Shown here piece after piece: positions 1 to 10,543 of a DNA stretch of 64,000 nucleotides. The translations under genes and the position numbers were made by a program. The notes below the pieces were generated by a model, which saw only the letters and a list, made by a program, of their open reading frames with translations, was not told where the DNA came from and did no database searches. The stretch is from an uncultured delta proteobacterium (lineage in GTDB: Bacteria; Myxococcota_A; Polyangia; Polyangiales; Polyangiaceae), in the NCBI GenBank assembly GCA_963806225.1, contig CAWDXG010000004.1, positions 2,144,001 through 2,208,000 on the forward strand, read 5' to 3'. Numbering within the stretch: position 1 is the first letter of the stretch; every line of letters starts with the position of its first letter.

Positions 1-272
1 GGCCGCTGGTCGCCGGCTACATCGGCAGCTCGAAGGCACTCAGCTACACGGTCATCGGCGACACTGCGAACACCAGTGCGCGGCTGTGCGGCATCGCCTC
101 CGCAGGGCAGATCCTGGTGAGCGAAGGGACGCTGGCGCGGCTGCAGAACAAGTTCGAGTACGAGGAGCTGCCGCCCGCCCAGCTGAAGGGCAAGGAAAAG
201 CCCTTCCGCGTCTTCAACGTCAAGAGCTACCGGCCGAGCGCGCAGGTCCCGGCCGCCGTCGAGACTGGTTAG
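1..272 (+). CDS. Adenylate/guanylate cyclase (class III), C-terminal part, truncated by the window edge
   Basis: Frame 3 reads PLVAGYIGSSKALSYTVIGDTANTSARLC...QILVS...LKGK, the class III cyclase motifs; stop TAG at 270-272. Confidence 0.85.
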   Translation, partial: PLVAGYIGSSKALSYTVIGDTANTSARLCGIASAGQILVSEGTLARLQNKFEYEELPPAQLKGKEKPFRVFNVKSYRPSAQVPAAVETG

Positions 273-394
273 ACCTGTTGGGTTCGCCGGGGGCTCACCG
301 CCGCCGGCCCGCCCGCGGCCGCAGCGCACTGCCGCTTCGCGTCAATCCACGCGCTCGACTCCCGGGCGGCTTCGCGGCAGGCTTGGCGCTCCCC

Positions 395-1345
395 ATGGCC
401 CACGTCCTCGCCTTCGAACGACCGGTAGTGGAACTGGTCTCGCGCGTGCGCGAGCTCAGGCAGCTCGCCAGCGAGGATCCGCACTTCACCGTCGAGCTCC
501 GGCGGCTCGAGGACAAGGCGGCCAAGCTGGCGCGCGAGGTCTTCGACAACCTCTCGCCGATGCAGAAGGTGCAGCTCTCGCGGCACCCCAGCCGCCCCTA
601 CACGCTGGACTACATCTCGCGGCTGTTCAGCGACTGGATCGAGCTCGGGGGCGACCGGCGTTTCGCGGACGACGCCTCGCTGGTGGCAGGGCTCGCGCGC
701 TACCACGGCCGCAGCGTGGTGGTGATCGGCCACCAGAAGGGGCGCAACACGAAAGAGAACATGCGGCGCAACTTCGGGATGCCGAACCCGGAGGGCTACC
801 GCAAGGCGATCCGCCTGTACCAGATGGCCGACCGCTTCGGGCTTCCGGTCATCACGTTCATCGATACGCCGGGCGCGTTCCCCGGCATCGAGGCAGAGGA
901 GCGCGGCCAGAGCGAAGCCATCGGTGCATCGCTCGAGGTCATGGCAGGCCTGGGCGTGCCAGTCGTCACCACGATCATCGGCGAGGGCGGCTCGGGCGGC
1001 GCGCTGGCGCTCGGGGTGGCCAACCGAGTGCTCGTGCTCGAGTTCAGCTACTACTCCGTCATCACGCCGGAGGGCTGCGCCGCGATCCTGTGGAAGAGCG
1101 CGGACAGGGCCGGCGAAGCGGCGGCGCGTCTGAAGATCACCGCGCCCGACCTGCTGGAGCTGGGCGCGGTGGACGCGATCGTCGACGAGCCGGCCGGCGG
1201 CGCCCACCAGGATCACGACGAAGCGGCAAAGCTGCTCGACAGCGCGCTGTTCGAAGCGCTCGTCTCCATGGACGGCCTGTCGCCGGACGAGCTCCGCGAC
1301 GACCGCTACCAGCGCTTCCGTCGTCTCGGGTCGTTCGTCGCCTGA
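395..1345 (+). CDS. accA: Acetyl-CoA carboxylase carboxyltransferase alpha subunit
   Basis: Motifs RHPSRPYTLDYI, NFGMPNPEGYRKA, IDTPGA, IGEGGSGGALA; ATG at 395. Confidence 0.95.
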   Translation: MAHVLAFERPVVELVSRVRELRQLASEDPHFTVELRRLEDKAAKLAREVFDNLSPMQKVQLSRHPSRPYTLDYISRLFSDWIELGGDRRFADDASLVAGLARYHGRSVVVIGHQKGRNTKENMRRNFGMPNPEGYRKAIRLYQMADRFGLPVITFIDTPGAFPGIEAEERGQSEAIGASLEVMAGLGVPVVTTIIGEGGSGGALALGVANRVLVLEFSYYSVITPEGCAAILWKSADRAGEAAARLKITAPDLLELGAVDAIVDEPAGGAHQDHDEAAKLLDSALFEALVSMDGLSPDELRDDRYQRFRRLGSFVA

Positions 1346-1375
1346 GCGCGCCGCCAGCGCTGCTATCGTCGCCCC

Positions 1376-1777
1376 ATGGCCGGGGCGAAGCGCGCGTGGA
1401 TATACGGGATCGCGCTGGCGATCGCCGGACTGTGCGTCGTCGCGGCGGTCGCAGCGTGGCTGGCCGTCCGGAGCATGGGCGTGCCGCGCGTCAACGCCGA
1501 GCCCATTCCCTCGCCCGACCGGACGAAGCTCCTGGCAACCCGCGTGAACCGGAGCCGCGCCGACCTCACCCGGTACCTCGACGTTGAATTCGACGTCCTC
1601 GACGCGAAGACCGGAGCCGTGCTGTTCCACCGCGTCACCTCGGCCTCTGCCCGGATGCGCTGGTCGATGCGCTGGCTCGACCGCCACGAGATCCAGCTCA
1701 CGAGCTCGGACATCGGAAACCGGTGCTGGCGGGAGGCGTCGAGCGGGACATGGACGTCGACGCCCTGTCCGCCGTGA
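1376..1777 (+). CDS. Hypothetical membrane-anchored protein
   Basis: N-terminal hydrophobic helix; fills the gap between accA and the next gene; TATCGT 6 nt before the ATG. Confidence 0.6.
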   Translation: MAGAKRAWIYGIALAIAGLCVVAAVAAWLAVRSMGVPRVNAEPIPSPDRTKLLATRVNRSRADLTRYLDVEFDVLDAKTGAVLFHRVTSASARMRWSMRWLDRHEIQLTSSDIGNRCWREASSGTWTSTPCPP

Positions 1778-1849
1778 TCAGGATCGCAGCCGGTCGGCAG
1801 TGTGCTATGCGGCGAGCAGGGGTGCGCTCTTTCTTCCACGGAGACGACG

Positions 1850-2587
1850 ATGATTGAAGAAGCCATCGAAATCACGACGCCGGACGGCACCAGCAAGGGT
1901 CATGTGTTCCGTCCCGACAGCGGAAGTCATCCGGGCGTGGTGTTCCTGACGGACATCTTCGGCATCCGACAGTCGCAGGACGACATGGCACGCCGGCTTG
2001 CGGGCGCGGGCTACGCGGTGCTCGTGCCAAACATCTTCTACCGCGCCGGCGAGCCGCCCATGTTCAACTTCACGCCGCAGTGGGGCGAGGAGAAGACCAT
2101 GAAGCGCTTCGGCGAACTGCGCGATCCGATCACGCCCGAAGCCATCGAGCGCGACGTGGCAGCCTACGTCGACTTCCTCTCCAAGCGCGAAGGCGTATCG
2201 GAGGCGCCGATGGGAGCGGTGGGCTTCTGCTTCTCGGGCAAGCTGGCGCTCTACGCCGCAGCGCTCCGCCCGGAGCGCGTCGGCGCGGCCGCGTCGTTCC
2301 ACGGCGGACATCTGGCCACCGACGACGAGAAGAGCCCCCACCTGCTCCTGCCCCGCGTCAAGGGGCGACTCTACTTCGGGCACGCGGTCGAGGATCGCAG
2401 CATGCCGAAAGAAGCGATCGAGAAGCTCGCCCAGGCGCTCGCCAAGTGGGGTGGGAAGTACGAGAGCGAGGTCTACGACGGCGCTCGCCACGGCTGGACC
2501 GTTCCGGACAACGGCGCCTACGCGAAGGAGCCCGCCGAGCGCGCCTACAAGAAGCTGACCGAGGTGTTCGCGGCGGCGCTCGGGTAG
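1850..2587 (+). CDS. Dienelactone hydrolase family protein
   Basis: Motifs DIFGIR, GFCFSG nucleophile, SFHGG, YDGARHGW; GGAG upstream of ATG 1850. Confidence 0.9.
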   Translation: MIEEAIEITTPDGTSKGHVFRPDSGSHPGVVFLTDIFGIRQSQDDMARRLAGAGYAVLVPNIFYRAGEPPMFNFTPQWGEEKTMKRFGELRDPITPEAIERDVAAYVDFLSKREGVSEAPMGAVGFCFSGKLALYAAALRPERVGAAASFHGGHLATDDEKSPHLLLPRVKGRLYFGHAVEDRSMPKEAIEKLAQALAKWGGKYESEVYDGARHGWTVPDNGAYAKEPAERAYKKLTEVFAAALG

Positions 2588-2593
2588 ACGCGC

Positions 2594-3121
2594 CTAGTTG
2601 CAGCCGAGCTTCGGCTTGACCAGGGACACCACCGGCGTGCTGTCGATGCCGCAGTGGTCGGTGCTCTTGTCGGCCGAAGCGTCGATCGGATCCAGCTGCT
2701 CGAGCCCGCACTGTCCGTTGTCGCACACGACGTTGACGGCAGGCGCGATGCAGGCGGTGCACATGTTTTCGCAATAGGGCCACAGGGCCGCGGCGCCGTT
2801 GTCGTAGTCCTGCTTCGAAACCACCTGCGCCTCGTTGACGCAACCGTTGATCACCACGCAGCAGTCCGAGTTCTTCGTGCAGGTGACTGGGCCTTGCGTG
2901 ATGGCGCTCCACTTCGTCGCGTCGCCGTGACACGAGCCTCCGTCCGCACCGCCGCTGCCCGCGGTGCCCCCGCTGCCGGAACTGCCACCGGAACCGGAGC
3001 TTCCGCCCGACGCGCTGCTGCCGCCCGTCCCCCCGCCGCGGCTTGGGCTGCTGTTGCTGCTGCACGCGGCGCCGAGCGGCGCCGCGGAAAGAACGACCAG
3101 GGAACAAAGCCAGATGCGCAT
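2594..3121 (-). CDS. Cys-rich putative lipoprotein (paralog 1 of tandem pair)
   Basis: Signal peptide with lipobox-like AAC, Gly/Ser linker, Cys-rich domain closely similar to 3183-3692. Confidence 0.7.
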   Translation of the reverse strand: MRIWLCSLVVLSAAPLGAACSSNSSPSRGGGTGGSSASGGSSGSGGSSGSGGTAGSGGADGGSCHGDATKWSAITQGPVTCTKNSDCCVVINGCVNEAQVVSKQDYDNGAAALWPYCENMCTACIAPAVNVVCDNGQCGLEQLDPIDASADKSTDHCGIDSTPVVSLVKPKLGCN

Positions 3122-3182
3122 GAGCTTCATGATAGCGGATCGGCACGCGCGGCGCGTGCTCGTACGCCCTGCCAAGGAGCGC

Positions 3183-3692
3183 CTAGTTGCAGCCCAGAAG
3201 CGGCTTGACCGGACCCACAACCGGCGTGCTGTCCACGCCGCAGCGGCTGGTGGTCTTGTCGGCCGAAGCGTCTGCGGGATCAAGCTCTCTCAGCCCGCAC
3301 TGTCCGTTCGAACACACGACGTTGACCGCGGGCACCATGCAGAAGTTGCAGTCGTTGTCGCAGTAGGCCCACTGGTCCGCGATACCGCTATCGTAGTCCT
3401 GCTTCGACACGACCTGCGCCGCGTTGACGCAGCTGTTGATCACCACGCAGCAGTCGGAGTTCCTGGAGCAGGAAATGGTGCCGGTCGCCGCCGCCCACTT
3501 CGTCTTGTCGCCGTGACAGGAGGCGCCCGCTGCGCCGCCGCTGCCAGACGTGCCGCCGTTGCCCGAGCCGCTATCGGCGCCGGCACTGCCGCCGCTCCCG
3601 CCGCTGCCCCCCGGGCTCTTCTCGCTGCTGCTGCAGCCGACAGGGAGTGTCACGATGGAGAACACCACTGAAGCGAGAACCCAGAGCCGCAT
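3183..3692 (-). CDS. Cys-rich putative lipoprotein (paralog 2 of tandem pair)
   Basis: Lipobox VGC, Gly linker, shared SCHGD..KW, NSDCCVVIN and VSKQDYD motifs, C-terminus LGCN. Confidence 0.7.
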   Translation of the reverse strand: MRLWVLASVVFSIVTLPVGCSSSEKSPGGSGGSGGSAGADSGSGNGGTSGSGGAAGASCHGDKTKWAAATGTISCSRNSDCCVVINSCVNAAQVVSKQDYDSGIADQWAYCDNDCNFCMVPAVNVVCSNGQCGLRELDPADASADKTTSRCGVDSTPVVGPVKPLLGCN

Positions 3693-3745
3693 GCTCGCCA
3701 TGATAGCCGATCCGCGATCGCATCGAAGGAGTATGATGGCGGATC

Positions 3746-6008
3746 ATGGCTTCGGTGACTGGCTGGGTGAGGGTGCTCGTGCCTGCGGCGCTGCTGATCG
3801 CGGCAGCGTGCGGCAGCTCGAAGAACAACGGCGGCGGCGCGGGCGGCAGCGGTGGCTCCGGCGCGACAGGCGGCGGAGGAGGCACGGGCAACACCGCGCC
3901 GGTGCAACCGGACGCCACCGACTACACCTACAAGCTGAAGGAAAGCACGAGCGCGCTGACGCTGTGGACGACACCGGCGACGCACAAGGTGCTGCCGAAC
4001 GAGCGGGCGCCGAGCGCGACGAAGTCGGGGCTGAAGCTGGCCGCGGCGCGCGGCGAGTTCGAGCCGGCAGAGCTCGTGATCGATCCGGCCGGCGGCAGCG
4101 TGAAGGTGTCGATCGCGAAGTTTTCCGACCTGCCCGCCGGGCAGCGAGTCGCGCTGGCGAGCGTCGGCTACGAGCAGGGCTGGCCGGAGCACCTGACTCC
4201 CCTCGCCCCGGGCAGCCCGGTCACGCTGAGCGGCGCGCAGGCGCAGCCCATCTGGCTCACGGTCTACGTTCCCTACGGCACCACGAAGGGCGATCACACG
4301 ACGACGCTCACGCTCACGCCGGGCTCCGGAGCGGCCATCAACGTGCCCGTCGCGCTGCACGTGTTCGACTTCGACATGCCGAAGGACATCCACTTCGCGA
4401 CGCAGCTCAACGTGGACGTGAAGAGCCTGATCCCCAGCGGCGGCACTACTGAAGACGCCAAGACGCTGCTCTTCGAGCACCGCATGACGCCGAAGAGCGC
4501 CACCTGGCCGAGCGGGCTCGGCTACAACATCACCTGGGACAGCTCCGCCAACCCGCAGCGCTGCAGCGCCTTCTACGACGAGCCGAACGACGGCGCCCAG
4601 TACTCGATCAAGTCGTTGGCGAAGAAGTACATCCTGGGCCAGGGCTGGAACGGCGTCGGCTACCCCAATGCGATGCTGTTCCAGTTCGTGGACAACTCCA
4701 CGCCGCGCCCGACGAGCTTCTGCGGGCAGAGCCTGGGGAGCGACCCCGCGGGCACCCCGGCGTACAACGCCGCCTGGTCGAAGTATCTCGCCGCGCTCGA
4801 CCAGTACATCGTAGCGAACGGCTACGACAAGAAGGCGTACTACTACGTGCAGAACGAGCCGCAGAACGCGGCCGACTACAAGACCGCGGCGGCGCTGTGC
4901 CGGCTGACCAAGGCCGCCGCGCCACACCTGCGCATCGCGATCAGCGAGGAACCGAAGCCGGAAATCGCCGAGGACCCGGGCGGCGCCTGCGGCTACGACA
5001 TCTGGATCGCCCACGTGCGCGCCTACCAGGAGAAGTACGCCTGGCAGCGCCAACGCGACCACGGCGAACAGGTGTGGTTCTACAGCCTGGACCAGGATCC
5101 CGACCCGTACTTCAACCCGACGCGCGTCGACACGCAGGGCATGCACGAGCGCATCATCCCGTGGGTCGCGTGGGGGCGGCGCATCCGCGGCTGGGCGTAC
5201 TACGACGCGGGGCGCTTCTTCGACGGCGCGCAGCCGACCATCCGCGCGGAGCTATTGCGCGAGGGTTTCGAGGACTACGAGTACCTGTGGCTCGCCAACG
5301 GCAAGGCGTATCCGGTGGTGGACCAGGCCGGTCCCGCCGACGCAACGGCCAAGAGCGTCGCTTCGGGGCTTACGAGCTGGACCAAGGACGCCGACGCGTT
5401 GATGGCGTTGCGCTACGAGCTGGGCCGCTACATCGAGGGCTCACGCTCCACGCTGCCGGTGCTCGAGGCGAACAGCAACGTGCGCAAGCGCGGGGCGTAC
5501 TACCTGAACTTCCAGGATCCGAAAGGCCAGCCCGCGGCAAGCCCGCTGGTCGTGGGCGGCCACACCTACATGAAGATCGGCTGGGACCCGTGGGACGACA
5601 AGAAGGGCTACGGCTGGAGCGGGCAGTACATCAAGGATCCGTCCATCGCGCTCTTCGGCTTCGACAGCGTGTCCGGCTTCCCCGTCACGCAGCAGAGCTA
5701 CGTCTACGACGACTACGGCCGCGACAACCTGTTCGAGTTCGCGATCGAGAACGGCAAGTACACCGTGACCGTCGCCGTCGGCCGGCCGGCGAAGGGCTAC
5801 CCGAACGACCCGCACAATCTCTCGGTCGAGGGCACGAAGCTCGTGGACGACGAAGTGACGACTGACGCCCAGCCCGTCATCGTCAAGAGCACCACCGTCG
5901 ACCTCACCGACGGCGCGATTCTCGTTCGTGGTAGGCGGCAAATCCGCCAAGACCGGCGACTACGCCTACACGTTCCTCGACTCGATCGACATCGAGCCGG
6001 CGAACTGA
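3746..6008 (+). CDS. Secreted glycoside hydrolase-like lipoprotein with DUF4091-type domain; apparent +1 frameshift near 5920
   Basis: Lipobox AAC; AARGEFEPAEL; IRAELLREGFEDYEYL resembles the DUF4091 motif; removing one T near 5919 continues SFVVGGKS...IDIEPAN to TGA 6006-6008. Confidence 0.65.
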
Positions 6009-6080
6009 GCCGCGCCGCGCGGACCGGCGCGCCCCCTTTTGACGGTGAAGGACCTCGTGGGTAGCCTGGAAGTGGCAGGG

Positions 6081-7530
6081 ATGATGAGGAGAGCTCTCTG
6101 CAAGACCCGTGTCTCGGTCTGCTTCGCAGCTCTTTTCGGCTGCGCGCTGCCGACGCTGGCTTGCTCCGGCGGCGAGCAGAGCGCGGGGCCGGGACACGCC
6201 TCCGATGCCGGACCTGGAGCGGACGGAAGCGCCCTGTCTATTTCCAGCCTCGCGGCCGTGGAAACCCCCAATAACGTCCTGGCGTTCGACGTTCTCGTGG
6301 AGCTCGTCGCTGGCAGCCGATACCGCGCTCGATGTCGCGTGCAACGGTCTGGAACCCTGGACGATCTCCGACCCCACGCCGACGACGAAGCACCATGTCT
6401 TCCTGATGGGGCTCGCCACCGGCAGAGCCTGCACGCTCACCGCCGGGTCGTCGGCAGGAAAGGCGAGTGCCAGCGAGAAGACGACGATCGACGTCGGCGA
6501 CCTGCCCGACTTTCTGCCGCAGGTCGAGCTCTCGGTGCCACCGACCCAACAGGCCGCCGGGGGCTGGACGCTCGTGAATCTGTCGAACACGCGCCTCGGC
6601 ATCCAGTACACCGTGGCACTCCTGGACGAGCAGGGACGCTACCGCTGGTACTATCAGTTCCCCAGCATCTACTCGGGCTCGGACACACCCGTCATCCCGT
6701 ACGAGGACGGCGTGGTGTTCGGCGGCGACGAGCTGCCCATGGCGTACGTGACCTGGCAGGGCGAGCTCGTGTGGCAGGGCGCGTACGGCAACCACGAGGT
6801 CCGGCCTGCGGAAACGCCGGGGGACTTCTACTACATCACGGACAGCAACTGCGACTCGCTGACGAATGGCACGTCCGCCGTGGCCGAGTACAGTTCCGCG
6901 GCTGTCCACCGGATCTGGCTGTGGAAGCTCTGCGATCACTACACGCCGCCCCAGGACGTGCCCGACTGGTCCCACATGAACACGGTGGCACTGTTCCCGG
7001 ACCCCACGTTCCTGATCGCCTCGTCACGGAACCAGAACTCGATCTTCAAGATCAAGCGCGCCACCGGGGACTTGATCTGGGTGATGGGCTACCACGGCGA
7101 GGTGGAGGACGGTTTCCACGGCGACTTCACCATCCCGGACACCGACCGCTTCTACCACCAGCACGACACGACCGTGCTACCGAACGGGCACATCCTGATG
7201 TTCGACAACGGGCGGGCCGGTGTCCGCAAGTGGAGCCGCGCGCTCGAGCTCGCGTACACCTACGATCCATCCGGCACGAGCGAGGCCCACGCCGTCTGGC
7301 AGTTCCGTCACGACCCGGATATCTTCGCCCGCATCTGGGGTGGCACGCAGCGGCTCGACAACGGCAATACGCTCGTCTGTTTCGGCTCGATCGATCTGGG
7401 CACGCAAACGACGATCAGCGAGGTCTCGAGCGCCTCGAAACCGGTATGGGAAGTCCGGATGCCCCCGTACTGGGGCGTGTATCGCGCTCGCCGCATGACA
7501 ACCCGGCCGCGCGGCGCGGTCATCCTCTGA
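6081..7530 (+). CDS. Aryl-sulfate sulfotransferase (ASST) family lipoprotein; apparent frameshift near 6292
   Basis: Motifs DWSHMNTV, SSRNQN, FYHQHD, MFDNG, QRLDNGNTLV; the signal/lipobox (LAC) lies in the neighbouring frame from 6081. Confidence 0.75.
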
Positions 7531-7537
7531 CACCGGC

Positions 7538-9670
7538 TCACGCCTGGGCGCTCTCGCCTTGCCGGGCGCCGCACATGTCGATGATGGCCACTAGATCAGC
7601 GGCCGCAAACGGCTTGGCCAGAAACCGCGCGTCGAGATCCTGCACCCATGGACTTGCCTCGAGCCGCTCCGGGTAGCCCGACATGAAGACGACCCCGACC
7701 CCGGGGCGAAGGCGCAGGACCTCGGCGGCGGTGTGCGGGCCGTCCAGACCCGGCATCACCACGTCGGTCAAAAGCACATCGAACGGCGTGTCGCGCTGGG
7801 CGCAGGCTACCGCGTCGGCGCCGCTTTCGACCGTGATCACCGCATAGCGCGCCGCCTCGAGGATCCTGCGCGCGACGTTGCGGACTGCCGGCTCGTCCTC
7901 CACCAGAAGCACCGTGCCTCGCACGGACGCGCGGACGGTGGCGGACGGCGCTTGCTCCTTGTCCTGTTCCCGCTGTACCGCTGGCTGCGCTTCGGGCAGG
8001 TAGAACCGGAAGGTGGTGCCCCTTCCCTGCTCGCTTTCTACCTCGACCCTCCCGCCGGACTGCGTCGCGATCGCATAGACGGTCGCGAGTCCCAGCCCCG
8101 TTCCCCTGCCGGGCCCCTTGGTGGTGTAGAAAGGCTCGAAGATGTGAGGCAGCGTCACGTCGTCGATACCATCTCCACTGTCGTGCACTTCCAGCATCAC
8201 GCAGGCCCCCGGGTCCTCATGCGCCGCGCCCCCGGCTTCACGAGCCACGCGGATGTCCACGCGACCCTCGCCGGCTATCGCATCGCGCGCGTTGAGCACC
8301 AGGTTCATCACGACCTGCTCGACCTGCGCGGGATCGGCCAGCGCATACAGCTCCTCTTCGGGGGTCTCGAGATGGAGAACGATGCTCTTGCCGAGCGTCC
8401 GTTCGAGAATGCCCACCAGCCCGGTCACGATTGGCGCGATGGAGACCACCCGCGGCTTGCGCCTCTCGCGGCCGGCAAACGTGAGTAGCTGCTTGGTCAA
8501 CGCCGCAGCGCGCTCGGTCGCTTCGCCGATCCCCTTCGCCAGTTCGGCCGAGCGCCCTCCCTCGTTGGCAATCATATCGGCGGAGGCGCCGATCACCGTG
8601 AGCAGGTTGTTGAAGTCGTGCGCGACCCCGCCCGCCAGGCGGCCGACGGTCTCCATACGCTGCGCCTGGAACAGCTGTTGTTCCAGCTGTCGCGCCTCCG
8701 TGATGTCGCGAACGAAGCCCTGGTAGTGAAGCGTCCTTCCGAGGTCGTCGCGAATGCTGCGCCCGTAGAGCTGGACGGTAACCTGCTTTTTGTCCTTGCG
8801 ACGCCACGAGAGCTCGGTCGCTTCGAGTGTCGTTCCATCTGCCGACTGGGCCGCCAGGCGCCGCCGATCGGCCGGATCCGCGTAGAAGCCCTCGGCATTC
8901 CTGCCAATGAGCTCCGCCGGAGATGCGTAGCCGAGGATGCGTGCAAAGGCCGGATTCGCATCGAGAATGGTTCCGTCAACGCGCGTGCGGAACACCCCCT
9001 CGATCGCATCCTCGAACAGGCTCTTGTAGCGCCCTTCACTCGCCTTGAGTCCGTCACGCGCCCGGTCGAAATGCAGCATCAAGAAGCCAGCGCCGATCGC
9101 CACGCGGAGCATCAGCGTAACCATCATGCCCCACGGAGCGAGACGGACGTGGCTGCCAAGTAGAGGGAAATCGAAGTAGTTCACTCCCAGGAGTACGAGG
9201 GCGATGCCGGGCATCCAGGCGCCCCCCCCGGACATGTCCGCGGCGCGGAGCACGGTGATGCCGGTCCATGCCGTGGCCAGAGCCAGAAACGCCATCGGCG
9301 CAAACATCGGCAGCGGCCACGGCACTCCCAACCATTTCATCACGCCGGCGCACACGATCGAGAGGGGCGCCGCAATCCACCAGCCGCGCCCCATGGGGCG
9401 CGCTGCGAACTCGGTCGTCCCGCGCATCAAGAGCAGCGACTGCCCGAGCACTGCAAACGCCGCGACCCCTTCGAGGAGCGCACCTCCTCCTCGAGCGATG
9501 ATCATGGCGCTGCCCGCCACGCTGGCCCCGGCGTCCGCCAGCCATGCGAGAGCCCACAGCCGCAGGTGCGGCGACGGCTCCTTCGCGTGGATACTTTCGA
9601 AGATCCATGCGAGCAGGACATCCGCAAGCACGAGTCCTACCGAAATCGACAACAACGCCGGCACGGCCAA
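7538..9670 (-). CDS. Membrane hybrid sensor histidine kinase (TM-PAS-HisKA-HATPase-REC)
   Basis: GGVAHDFNNLL H-box, NLVLNARDA N-box, GTGLGL G2 box, C-terminal receiver (VEDE, TDVVMPG, KPF); GGAGAGG before TTG. Confidence 0.9.
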   Translation of the reverse strand: MAVPALLSISVGLVLADVLLAWIFESIHAKEPSPHLRLWALAWLADAGASVAGSAMIIARGGGALLEGVAAFAVLGQSLLLMRGTTEFAARPMGRGWWIAAPLSIVCAGVMKWLGVPWPLPMFAPMAFLALATAWTGITVLRAADMSGGGAWMPGIALVLLGVNYFDFPLLGSHVRLAPWGMMVTLMLRVAIGAGFLMLHFDRARDGLKASEGRYKSLFEDAIEGVFRTRVDGTILDANPAFARILGYASPAELIGRNAEGFYADPADRRRLAAQSADGTTLEATELSWRRKDKKQVTVQLYGRSIRDDLGRTLHYQGFVRDITEARQLEQQLFQAQRMETVGRLAGGVAHDFNNLLTVIGASADMIANEGGRSAELAKGIGEATERAAALTKQLLTFAGRERRKPRVVSIAPIVTGLVGILERTLGKSIVLHLETPEEELYALADPAQVEQVVMNLVLNARDAIAGEGRVDIRVAREAGGAAHEDPGACVMLEVHDSGDGIDDVTLPHIFEPFYTTKGPGRGTGLGLATVYAIATQSGGRVEVESEQGRGTTFRFYLPEAQPAVQREQDKEQAPSATVRASVRGTVLLVEDEPAVRNVARRILEAARYAVITVESGADAVACAQRDTPFDVLLTDVVMPGLDGPHTAAEVLRLRPGVGVVFMSGYPERLEASPWVQDLDARFLAKPFAAADLVAIIDMCGARQGESAQA

Positions 9671-9851
9671 GTCCTCTCCCCCCCGGTTCGAGGGTAACGC
9701 CCCGCGGGCATTCTTGCGAGGGGCTCGACAATCTGGCCTCACAGCCAGTCAGCGCCGCGACTGACAATCTGTGAAGTAGTCGATTTCTTGAGGAAACCCG
9801 CTGGCGCAGGCCTGCTGTGGCGAGATGGCACACTCCCCCGGGCGGCGGGCG

Positions 9852-10322
9852 CTACGCGACGAGCAGCCGCTCGAGCTCGAGCGTGCCGGGATGCAGCGTC
9901 CACATGGCGCGGCCGCGTTCTACGAGCGAGACCTGCGCCGGCCGTAGCGGGGGAAACGCGGGCCGACCCACCAGCACGGCGCCGAGGGCGGAGATGCCGG
10001 GCTCGTGTCCGACCACGGCAACCGCGGCGCCGCGCGCGGCGAGCGCTTCCGCGGCGGCCTCGGGCGGCACACCCGGGCTGAGCGCGGGCAGCGTCGTGAC
10101 CACGTCGTCGAAACCGATGCTGCGCGCGAGCAGCTCTGCGGTCTGCACCGCGCGCACCAGTGGGCTCGCGAGCAGGGCGTCGAGCGTCACGCCGTCCGCG
10201 GCGAGCTTCGCTCCGACCGCCAGCATCAGCTTCCGCCCCTCCTCGGAGAGGTAGCGATGCGCATCGACGAGCCCGGCGTGCTCCTGCACCGCGAGTGAAT
10301 GCCGCACCAGGAAGACCTTCAC
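9852..10322 (-). CDS. sixA: Histidine phosphatase family protein (SixA-like)
   Basis: LVRHS, R.LS.EG, SPLVRAVQTA and VVGHEP motifs. Confidence 0.8.
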   Translation of the reverse strand: MKVFLVRHSLAVQEHAGLVDAHRYLSEEGRKLMLAVGAKLAADGVTLDALLASPLVRAVQTAELLARSIGFDDVVTTLPALSPGVPPEAAAEALAARGAAVAVVGHEPGISALGAVLVGRPAFPPLRPAQVSLVERGRAMWTLHPGTLELERLLVA

Positions 10323-10402
10323 GCCGGCAGCCTGGGGGCCGCCGACCTCCGGTGTCAACGGCTGGCCGGAAGACCCCGTATTTCCAGCATCTTGCCGCCT
10401 TG

Positions 10403-10460
10403 TGCGCAGACTTTGCGCAGGTGTGGGTGGCTTGACCACTATCTGCACCATGGCTAGGTT
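10403..10460 (+). promoter_or_regulatory. Putative sigma70 promoter of the gap operon with upstream tandem repeat
   Basis: TTGACC (10432-10437), 17 bp, TAGGTT (10455-10460); TGCGCAG repeated at 10403 and 10414 (11-bp period). Confidence 0.55.
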
Positions 10461-10543
10461 CCCGAGCCCGCGCAGATGCTGCCGGCGGGCTCTGGCCGCA
10501 GTTTGCATGGCTGCGCGGTCCCCAGCACAGGCGAGGAGCACTC

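Noticed and set aside
5910..6300. Frameshifts near 5919 and 6292 (and near 15922) sharing a TTCT context, read as phase variation
   Set aside because: Each is a single duplicated T with no long homopolymer or SSR, which is typical of consensus errors.
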